A DNA stretch of 64,000 nt from Antedon mediterranea. Its lineage: Eukaryota > Animalia > Echinodermata. How positions within the stretch are numbered: position 1 is the first letter of the stretch; the number at the start of each line of letters is the position of its first letter. A program made the translations under genes and the position numbers. The notes under the pieces are model-generated. The model saw only the letters and a program-made list of their open reading frames with translations. It was not told the origin of the DNA and ran no database searches. The stretch spans positions 8,298,201 to 8,362,200 of the forward strand of contig NC_092670.1 in assembly GCF_964355755.1 (NCBI RefSeq). The letters are read 5' to 3'. Below are positions 1-10,428 of this stretch, piece after piece.

Positions 1-415
1 TACAAAGAAATTTAAGTCTAATGGGTCTTTAAACTCACATTTGAAATTACACACAGGAAACTTACCATATGAATGTGAACAATGTGGGAGGAAATGTGCC
101 TCTAATGGAATATTAAAAAAACATTTGAGAATTCACAGAGAAGAGAGACCATATGAATGTGAACATTGTGGGAAGACATTTAAAACAAATGAAGGATTAA
201 AATCACATTTGAAAACACATGGAGAACCACGGTATAAATGCGAATATTGTGGAGTGAAATACCAAGATAAAAGGTGCTTCCAAATGCATTTGGAAAGACA
301 CACAATAGGGAATGAATGGGAGGATTATATTATCAAATCCAATTGCAATGATATGTTTAACTTACGCACAGAAGAGACATCGTATGGTAACATTTATAAC
401 TTGCATACATTTTAA
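1..415 (+). CDS. 3' end of C2H2 ZF gene D, copy 1 (truncated by the window edge)
   Basis: Tandem C2H2 fingers ([63 protein letters not shown]). Matches 43924..44338 with 4 substitutions seen by eye. Confidence 0.9.
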   Translation, partial: TKKFKSNGSLNSHLKLHTGNLPYECEQCGRKCASNGILKKHLRIHREERPYECEHCGKTFKTNEGLKSHLKTHGEPRYKCEYCGVKYQDKRCFQMHLERHTIGNEWEDYIIKSNCNDMFNLRTEETSYGNIYNLHTF

Positions 416-546
416 ATAACATGTGAGAATACACACAGGAGAGACGAACATTGTGTACACAATGTGTAATGTTTCTATTTTTAATTTTACAGTGAATAAT
501 ATTAAGATACCAGTGCATTTTAGAATAATAGAAGAAATTGAGCGTT

Positions 547-1312
547 GAATTGAACTCTATAGTTCACTATGTCGGTCAGTTGGTCTGTCTGTCTGTCTGT
601 CGGTCTGTCTGTCTGTCTGTCGGTCCGGTATCACTATGCGTTTTATCGCTTTCTGACCTTATCTTGATATCAGTTTAATCTAGCTAAGTCAATTTTTCAC
701 AGAATATTCCTTATGGCCAGGAATCGATGTGGTTATGTTTTCACGGTGCGCAATAAAAAATTACGCGGTCTACGCACGATTTACCGAAATCACGTTGGTA
801 ATCATATCTTAACAACCATTAATCACAATTAAATAAAATTTGCTACTCATAAATTTCAGGGCATAAATCATCATATGGCAATACAATTACGTGCGTAACG
901 CATGTAACGCATGCGTATGCGCGCTTAAAATGTTCAAAATTTATTTTCGATGAAATAATTTCAGTTTCAGTTTCAGACAATTTTTTGCGTTTACAAAATT
1001 GCCATGAGTGCGCAGATTTTTGCGCGCGCACTGCGCGTTAAATGTTATTGCGCACTCTTTTTGCCCGATTTCTGTTTTCTTGACTTACTTTTCAACTCGA
1101 AATTACGTTATACGAGCACGTCAAAAGTTACAGGCTACGCACGTGTAAATTAAAATAAAAATGTTTTTAAACATTTCAACATTTTTAAACATGTTCAGTA
1201 ATTTCGGTCAGTATAGTTCACTATGTCGGTCGGTCCGTCTGTCGGTCTGTCTGTCTGTCGGTCCGGTATCACTATGCGTTTCAGCACGCGACTTATGGCT
1301 GTTGGCCTTGTT
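547..1312 (+). mobile_element. Helentron-associated non-autonomous element (HINE/DINE-1-like), long form
   Basis: Core CTCTATAGTTCACTATGTCGG + (GTCT/GTCG)n microsatellite occurs twice; 3' end AGCACGCGACTTATGGCTGTTGGCCTTGTT. Absent at the paralogous site ~44467-44512. Same family at 15256, 21211, 28281 and 40437. Confidence 0.7.
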
Positions 1313-1984
1313 TAAATAAGTTTTAATTTGATTGGCCTTGATTGATTTCTTGTAGGAAAGAACATCTATGAATGTTACATCATTTTTAGGTTGATATTAT
1401 GACATAGGTTTTAAACGAATAATGTTATTTTACAATAATTACATTTTAAACGGGTTTAATATTTATTTATTATTATTGCGGTCATCTGTATATAGCTTTG
1501 GTTTTTATTATTTATTGTTCTAATTTTGTGGCTGTAACGCTTATTAACCCTCTACTACAATAAATTGAAAATGTCCTATACCATTCTCTGTTTGCCTTTA
1601 CTAATCGCACCGATTTTTCTTTACGATAGCTAAATGTGTTAAAATATATTACACAAAAGACAACACAGGCACACTTAAGTTATGTCGTTATTGCTATTTT
1701 AATTATATTTAATTTGGTATATGATGCAAAGGCAAAGTTATTCTTTATTTGCTACTTAAATTTAAAGTTACAATATTCATCACTGATCACTCAGTAGAAA
1801 TTGTTATTTTCATTTGCAAGCAGCTTGAATTAAACCCTAAGAAATAACATTTTCATAAAGACATTTCTATAAAATTTCTTAATTTAAAACAATAAAAGGC
1901 GTAGGCCTATAATTGAAAAAAGAATGAGGCCTAAAATGGATTTTTTTAAAAATAATTATAACATAGAAGAAATGTGTTTCAGAT

Positions 1985-2140
1985 GGCTGACGGCTAGTGA
2001 CAATGAATTGAGACGGATCGCCAACTTGGTCGGTCTTCAGTAAGTTGATATTATTATGTGAGTAGGTTGTCCAATTTTTATTCTATCAAACCATCTCCGA
2101 GCACTTTTCTATTTTTCCTTGCATTCTAGTAAAATTTTCG
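1985..2140 (-). mobile_element. 3' remnant of an RTE-clade non-LTR retrotransposon
   Basis: Paralogue of 45410..45590, whose minus-strand translation GKIEKCSRPGRPKSRWFDRIK...EDRPSWR fits the GK(I/V)EG.R.RGRP..RW.D...DR..WR C-terminus of RTE ORFs. Confidence 0.55.
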
Positions 2141-2150
2141 AAATAATATA

Positions 2151-3110
2151 GGGGAGGATGAGGTAAGTGGTCCAATTAGTGAGTTTTTATCATAAAATAA
2201 ATACAGCCAGTGGTAGTAAAACTTAATATAAATACCATGATTAGATGGTCTATATACTTGGTTACTTATATCCAAAAGTTATTTTGGATTAATTATTTGG
2301 AATTAATTAATTTGAATTAATTGGTGACGACTGCTCTGCTGGATCACTTGCCCCGACAGTGGGGTAACTGGACAAATATACAAAATACATAAAGAAACAA
2401 TTTTTGATGACAGAATATTGTTTTTTATTTATCATAACATATTTACAAAAGCAAGTCATGAACTGTACATGACATTTAATAAAATTTTTCATGTTTAAAC
2501 ATAGCTTATCATACGCAAAAGTTTTTCACAGTATTATTCATGGCTTTTGACAATTGCAAGTTCATTCGATATCATCATCATACCCATATTCATTTATACA
2601 GTTTGTGCAAATAAATGTATGCATCTGTCCTTGGAGTACATTCATCATGATACCATGCACTACATGAGCGACATGATGTCCACGATTCATTGTCAAAATA
2701 TGTTGCACTTTGCGCAAGTGTAGTGTCATCATCATCGCTATATTCACTCACTGGTAATACAGGTCTGTTTGTCTGGTACACCGTAGCGCTTTGCTGCTTC
2801 ACAACTCAGTTCCCCATTCTTTACGGCCTCCACTGCATTCACATTTTGACTCTATGTCCCATTTATTTTGGGCGCCCCGTTTTGTGGGCTTGTATGTTCT
2901 AACCATACTGAAATATGTATAGAAATTTTTAAAAATAATTAAAATTAATACATAAAACAAACAAAAATATCATAATTAAATAATAATAATAATTCATAAT
3001 TGCATATGACACCATCGGCATAACTAACTGTTTTAGAGTGTTTTAATGTAAATTTAAAGCCAAAAATGGTTGGACCACTTACCCCAATACCCACTGGACC
3101 ACTTACCCCA
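2151..3110 (-). mobile_element. pogo/Tc1-like DNA transposon remnant with a frameshifted C-terminal PHD finger
   Basis: Starts after TA, exactly where similarity to 45601-45609 ends. GGTAAGTGGTCC (2162) is inverted twice as GGACCACTTACC (3073, 3096). Minus strand 2590-2720 encodes TCAKC...NESWTSCRSCSAWYHDEC...ICTNC across frames. Right boundary uncertain. Confidence 0.5.
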
Positions 3111-3584
3111 ATAATTTTAACATTATTAAAATATGACATTATAAATTCAATTGTTGGTATATATACACTAAAAATGTATTTTCTACAGATGACTAACATA
3201 CATATTTTAGTAATTATTCATAATTAAACCTATTTAACTAATTAGATGGCAAGAATGACCGTTTTTATAGTTTGGCCTATATGTTTTAATAGGCTGGCAG
3301 CCATTTTGAAATTCACGCTTTAGGGGTACGTTAAACAGGGTACAAATCAAGCCTAAAATATGGAATTTTTAATACCAATTAAATCAACAAGATCCACTCA
3401 TATTAATTCTAACTAATTTATATTTTCTATTTATAAAAATATTAACAATAGAACAACAAATTAGGCCATTTAAGCAATATTAATAATGCCTATTGCACAT
3501 AGATGCTGTTTTTGTACTGCCAGTTTTAAAAAATGAGGTCGTAAAAAAAATGATTCTGAACTATTTGGTCCAGCAGTCACTTAA

Positions 3585-4212
3585 AGCCCCATTCCCTACG
3601 TTTTTTAGATCTAATTTAAGATCACAAACTATATTTAATGTAAAAATAATACTATATGGTCCTATTGCGATAACTTTTTTCGTCTTTAAACGGTTAAAAA
3701 TGTGAAAAATAAGTCGATTCTAATAATTATAGCGGCCCGCTATAAATCCCAAAATGCATTGCGCGCGGATTGATATTTTTGTTTTTCACCTGTAATTCGC
3801 CCACTTTTCGATCGATCGTGAGGCCAAAACAAATGGAAGACTCCTAACTTTTCAGCGAAAATACCGGGTTTTCCCCAATTTGTATCAACGGAGTCTGGCA
3901 AAAATAGAAAGACAATTAATGCAGCAACTATACAACGCCAGGCTAGGTATATAGCTCGCGTACGATGTTCGTACGTTACCGATGTTTACCAGCTAGGCCT
4001 ACAAAACTAAGCCTAGCTAGGCTAGGCCTAAGACCGTCCACGAGAGAGGTCGATCGCCGCGAGCTACTTAGGTAGTGCATTGTTTCTCACTTTTTATCAT
4101 AATTTACCATAAAACGTACATTTAAGACAAGGAATGACATGGTTTAATGTTTTTAAAGTGATATATATGTATTATTTTCCAAAAAACGTCCAAAATTGCA
4201 GGGAAGGGGTCT
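3585..4212. mobile_element. Non-autonomous TTAA-target DNA transposon (Kolobok-like)
   Basis: TTAA at 3581-3584 and 4213-4216. Imperfect TIRs AGCCCCATTCCCT / AGGGAAGGGGTCT. Purine-purine termini favour Kolobok over piggyBac. Confidence 0.7.
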
Positions 4213-4275
4213 TTAATTAAACAAAGCGCCATTGATACAGGTACAACGCACACTGTCAGCTTTCATTTTTTTCAA

Positions 4276-5336
4276 GGGTGTCACGAAACCTCAGACCACG
4301 AAAGCTCAGACCCCCTAAGACCACGAAAGCTAAGACCCAACACCTAAGATTACAATACTAAGATATACTACAGCTTAAAAACAATACTTGTTTATCCATA
4401 CATAATTTTAAACACAGTAGGTTTCATTTATTACCATAAATATAATTTAATACTACCGCAAAACATAGATAAACTCACATTATTTTCGCCCGTTGAGTAA
4501 ATGTATATTTTTTCTTTACAACAAACAAACTTGACGGGTTGTTTGTTGGTATATATTTACTCCATTGTGTTGCTTCAGAGGATGTTTTTCTTACGCACCT
4601 GCCTTTCTTGTATTTTGACTCCAAATTTGTTGACTAACTTTATCCTGAACACCACACTTTAAAATTAGGACTTATAAGTACTTTCAGAAGGAGAAACACA
4701 TAATAACAAATAAATAAATCCTTTAAATTGATGATTTTACAGATGTGTTTCTTTGTACTGTAATGACAATGTAACTCCTCGAGCTCCCCATGCTCAATGT
4801 TTTTGTTTCTATGGAGCGCCAAAAGAGCAACAATAATAGTACAAGTATAAAAACAGAAAGAAAACGAAACAAAAAAACTTATCATGATTTTTAAATTAAA
4901 ATTTATTTGCCAGTATTTATTTCTTCGTACTTGCATGATTATACTATTGTCATTACAATTTTAATTTTACATTGTTCCATCCACACTGTAGATGGACTCC
5001 ACAGAGTTTTCAGCCCTCTATATAATTTTTGCTCTTTTGACGTTCCATAGAAACAAAAACATTGAACATGGCCCATGGGGTAGGCCTACTGTACTGTAGG
5101 CTAGTCATTTTGTGTGCGAGAAAAACGTCTGTAAAATCATCAATTTAAAAATGTATTTGTTACTTTTTATGTGATTCTTTTTCATGAAAGTGCCAATTCT
5201 AAGGTGTGGTATTCAGAATAAATGTTGGGAGTTAAAATACAAGGCAGGTGCGAAAGATAAATATTTGTAATCTTAGGTGTTGGGTCTTAGCTTTCGTGAT
5301 CTTAGGTCTTAGGGGGTCTGAGCTTTCGTGACACCC
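4276..5336. mobile_element. Foldback / MULE-like non-autonomous DNA transposon
   Basis: Termini GGGTGTCACGAAA...TTTCGTGACACCC with ~70-bp internally repetitive TIRs. 10-bp TSD TTTTTTTCAA (4266-4275, 5337-5346). Additional degenerate inverted arms ~4590-4840 vs ~5020-5255. Confidence 0.8.
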
Positions 5337-6046
5337 TTTTTTTCAAGCTACAAAATGTACTAGTCTAGGCTATGCCTAGGATGATTTTTTAATCTTTAAA
5401 GTAGTTAAAAATCACTTTAAACTTACCTTCTTGAAACAATCCTTCTAAGAGTGTATTTTTCAATAGATAACTGATAGACGAAAGTTGAAAAATTGCGATT
5501 TTGATAAGTAAACTAATGAGACAGCGTATTAATGTACTAGTAATTTATGTCAAAGTTCATAATAAAAAATAAGGTCTATAGAGGGTAGTATAGCAGCAAT
5601 TGAAGAAAAACTTTAAAAAAAATAAAAAAATATTTGGTTGAGGATACACGTCACACCACGCCACACGACACGTGGTGTGAGGAGAATAGAGACACACGTG
5701 ACATACACATTTCAACGGCTTGATTTCACCAAAGATAGTGTTTGATTTCACTGTAAATATAATGTACTTACAATACTAATGATTGATGAATATTTAAGTT
5801 AAGGTAGCTATGCTAGTTACTATACATTACTTCTAGGTATAGGCCTCCTAGGCATGTTATTTCATGGAGTGATATTACTCAATGGTTAAGTAATTAATTT
5901 ACTACCTAGCAGCTAGAATTTCGCTAGTAATAGTATAGTAGTAACATGATAACCGATCAGTGCTACTGTACAGTTAGGTCGCAATTCAAATCGACCGTGG
6001 TGTTACGTATTCGGTCGCTGCACCGCTCGACCTTCGCAGTTTCAGG

Positions 6047-7895
6047 CAGGGGTGGCGCCAGGATCTTCCCGACGCGGGGGATATGCGAGCATCACAAGGC
6101 TGGGGGTCAGGGGGCCGCCAAGGACCCCCGGTGGAAGCCCCCGGAAGCAACGCGTTCTAGCGTCATTTGAGGTCATTTTAATCAGATTTAGGGTAGCCAT
6201 TTTTTCCATTTGTTATAATGCATAAATAAAATACTGCGTGCAAAAAAACGATGCGCGATGACTGTTTCAATCCATATTTTTCAATTTAAAAAATAAAAGT
6301 TCAAAGAAAATTTAGAAAAATAGAGTTGGAGGTCCTGGAAATTGGACTTACTATACTTCAAAACATGAAACAAAATATATAAGTTGTCATGGTTGTGACT
6401 GAGCTAAGAAATGTTTGAAAAATAGAGATGTTAGGTCCCGGAAAATGCACTTCTTGTACTTCGAAATATGACCAGCTTTATTGTTGGGGCTGAGCTAAGA
6501 AAATGTTTAAAACTAGAGCTGCAGGTCTTCGAAAAATTGCATTTTATACTTTGGAAACATCAGGCCCAGAGGCTTAAAAAACGCAAGCGTACCTTTTTCA
6601 GTCGGGGAAATAAGTTTATTCCTCCCAAGTGTATGCCTGCGTACCATCTGGACTTCCGAGTGGTGAGAAATTCATGACATACAGGACATTGAAAATTTAA
6701 TAACTTAGCTATAATAAGATGTTGGCTAAGCGAAAATGGCATGTTTTTTTGTTTAGTAATGGATGAAATATTTATTTTAGGTGCCCCACGGTACAGAAGG
6801 TTACTTGTCAATTAAAAAATTGGTGAACATACGAACAATTAACATAATTCGTTTTTGCTGTAGTGTAGCGTAGGCTAAACACAGTACACGACGTAACCGT
6901 CGGTAAACTTCGCCTGGAAAATAACTACAGTACACATTTTGGTCCCTGGATGGAACATGATATCACGACCCAATGTTGAACGATTCGTACAAAGGGATAC
7001 CGCCAGACAAGTGGGTACCTATAGCTATTGTTTAGTAGTAAGTTAGATCGCTGGCAATAATGAATGCATATAAAGTGCATAATATCACTCTGACGTACTC
7101 TCACGGTCAATGAAACGTCGAGGTTTTCTAGGCGCTGAAGCTACGAAGTGAACGCGAACGAATTATATTCCCCGACAAAAAGTACCCGAACCGTCGGTAA
7201 ACTTCGCCTGGAAAATAACTACATTACACATTTTGGTCCCTGGATGGAACTTGATATCACGCGTCTCGACCCAACGTTGAACGATTCGTACAAAGGGATA
7301 CCGCCAGACAAGTGCGTACCTAGCTAATGTTTAGTAGTAAGTTAAATCGCTGGCAATAATGAATGCATATAAATTGCATAATAGCACTCTGACGTACTCT
7401 CACGGTCAATGAGACGTCGCGGTTTTCTAGGCGCTGAAGCTACCAAGTGAACGCGAACGTTTTTTACTGTATATTATATTCCCCGACAAAAAGTACCCGT
7501 GTTCCCTTCGGTAACCGTCGGTAAACTTCGCCTGGAAAATAACTACATTACACATTTTGGTCCCTGGATGGAACATGATATCACGCGTCTTGACCCAACG
7601 GTGAACGATTCGTACAAAGGGATACCGCCAAACAAGTGCGTACTAGCTATTGTTTAGTAGTTAGATCTCTGGCAATAATGAATGCATAAAAGTGCATAAT
7701 AGCCCTCTGACGTACTCTCACGGTCAATGGAACGTCGTGGTTTTCTAGGCGCTGAAGCTATATGAAGTGAACGCGAACGTTTTTTACTGTATGTATATTC
7801 CCCGACAAAAAGTACCCGTGTTCCCCGACGGGGGGTCCAGGCCCCCCGACGAGGGGGCTAGAGCCCCCGTAGCCCCCCCGCTGGCGCCACCACTG
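6047..7895 (+). mobile_element. Non-autonomous hAT-like transposon, copy 1
   Basis: 15-bp TIR CAGGGGTGGCGCCAG / CTGGCGCCACCACTG. 8-bp TSD GTTTCAGG (6039-6046, 7896-7903). Empty site with a single GTTTCAGG at ~50337. Three internal ~300-bp tandem units. Confidence 0.9.
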
Positions 7896-8973
7896 GTTTC
7901 AGGAAAATATATCTATGGCTATTATTAGTAATACTAATAATATGGAGCGCCGCAGACGAAATTTCTATTACTGGACGTCTCAGGCAGAAAAATCATAAAT
8001 CATTCATGAGATTAAAGCATCAAAATAGGACATTACCAGGTCCGTAACCAGGTTTGATGGCGTGGTGGATTGTTTAAATTGTTTAGTGGAACAGATTTTT
8101 TTTCTCTAGATGGGCATAAATCGTGTTTCTGGACTATATAATTTGGTGTAATTTCTTCACTATTTATAGAGCGCCATATGCCATTTTTGAAGAATGTGAC
8201 ACTGCCAGACATACGGACGAAAGTATTGAAATTAAAAAAAAGTTCATTGCGGCCTACCACGACACACTCGCACACACCCACCACAGATGATACGGCAACT
8301 CCCTGCTGTTATCGTTAAAAAGAGCCTGTCATAAACTCGTGCATCCACTTTAGACTAACTGACTGGGCGAAGTAGGCCTACACGACGTACACGCATGCGC
8401 CAGGTGATACTGTACATCCTTCCTGGGCGTTCCATAAGTTCTTTTTAAAAGATCCAAACGTCTTGGTGTTTGGTAGTTCAAATTTGTATTTTTAAGCGTA
8501 AAACTAATAATTAATAGTAATAAATGGTTTTGGTTGTAATTATTGACTTGTAAAATATATTCGTAAGTCTTTTGCTAAATGAATGTCGATTTAAATTGAA
8601 TAATCTCTTTTTATTAAGGCTTGACTAGGCCTGTAGTGAATGAAGTGGGAGGCCAAACAAAACCCTGATCCCCCTGAGCCTATACCGGACTATATAATAA
8701 GTATTTATATCAGCCTTATTATATATATACAGTATATTAAAGAACTACAACATCGTTTTAGTCATATGGTACACTACCAGCCATCTTTGAGTGACTATTC
8801 CACTGGAGTTGAATCCTTTGTTATAAAAAAAAATGCATACCGTTCACAAATTTAGTATTAAAACAATCCATTTGTTTAAATGTTTTTGTTAAAATAAGTG
8901 GTGCAGTAATTGGAAATTATAACAAACATAATAAAGTAAAGAAAAAGAGTAATCAAAATTATAAATAGAGAAA

Positions 8974-9894
8974 CTAGATTTGAACTCGTCACGGTGACGA
9001 GTTAGGCTATCCCGCAATGCATCGTAACATACATATGCTATTTATTAGGCTTAGCCTACAGTAAGCTGCACCACAGCGATTGTACAAACAGCATAGCATT
9101 GTTCAACAAGCGTCAACAGTTGACTGTATTGGCATTGTAGACGGTTTAGTTGACGGTTAGTTTTGATTTTACACCGCTCACGTTTATTTAATTGTTTGAA
9201 TATGATGAAATTTTCAAATTAAAAATAAAGTTCATGTGTCTGAAGGAGAATGTTTTAAGTAATAACATTATTGAAAATTGAAAGGAAATTGATAACGTTT
9301 ATGCGATATGCGCTCTATTGAATGTGACGAACTGTGTCGAAAGAGACAAAATTCCTATATTTTACATTTGTGTGGCCATACGATGTTTGACGTGCCCGTG
9401 TGTCATTATTTTTTCATTCATAATTCATCAAATATGAAAGCAATATATCATAAAACTATAAAAAACAATATTCAAGCGCAAAAACGGGCTTTCTATGCTG
9501 CGTACGGGCGTAAAAAGTCCTGAAACGTATAGAAAGTTGATTAGAAATTCATTTTGAGCATTTTTAACTTTCAAAGCGTGCTTACAGTACGCACGAAAAT
9601 ACGAATGTTGAAAATTTTGCTGATGATACAGGAAGATGACCCTTGACATGAAGCATACATGTGTCAAGTGGTATTTAAAATATCTATTGGTTTTCAATTT
9701 ATAGTCAATCTACGCGACAATATTTTCATTAAACCAAAGTTTCTTGCACAACTACATATATACGCGCATCTGCTGGCCAAGTTTCTACATCTACCGCCGT
9801 TTTTTAGATCTACATGCAACAAAAAATGAGCACAAAAATTGAAATTTTTGACAATAACAATAAGCTATCGCTCTACAGATAGCGAAAGCCTAAT
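8974..9894 (-). mobile_element. Helentron/HINE-like non-autonomous element
   Basis: Minus strand: 5' palindrome TAGGCTTTCGCT..AGCGATAGC; 3' subterminal repeat GATAGCCTAA followed by hairpin CTCGTCAC-C-GTGACGAG and CTAG, in T-rich flanks. Paralogous copy at 51412..53748. Confidence 0.65.
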
Positions 9895-10428
9895 AAAAAT
9901 AGAAATCAATTTTAGAAAACAAAACTTTAAGTTTAAATTTTGCCTATTAATTGTATTTTGGAATGAAGTTATTGACATATTTTTAAAGTTTAAAGTAATA
10001 TAAGTGCATTCTAGCTTTTAGATGAACGATAAGTAAAAAGTTTTGTTTCCTTGAAAACAATTCCAGGTGGGGAAAACTAAATCGTATCCTAATAGTATTA
10101 AAAGTCAATTTTTACTTCACAAGCTGCATCTATTTCAGTTTCGGTTACTTTACAGTACCTGCTTTTGCTGTCTGGAATAATAATGCAGTACTGTACTGTA
10201 TTTAATAATGTATTATTATAAATAATTTGTAAACTATGAAAGTTTTCTTCCATAGTTATTTATAATTTTTTTAGCCTACAAGAGTTTCATTCTTTTTGCC
10301 TTTTTAGTTGTTTTTTATGGAAATATTATCTTTAAACAAATCAGTGAAAAAAAATTCTCAAACCATGATTAGTCTATTATTATTAGTTAATTTAACAACA
10401 TATTTTCTTTCAGATTACAGAATACAGC

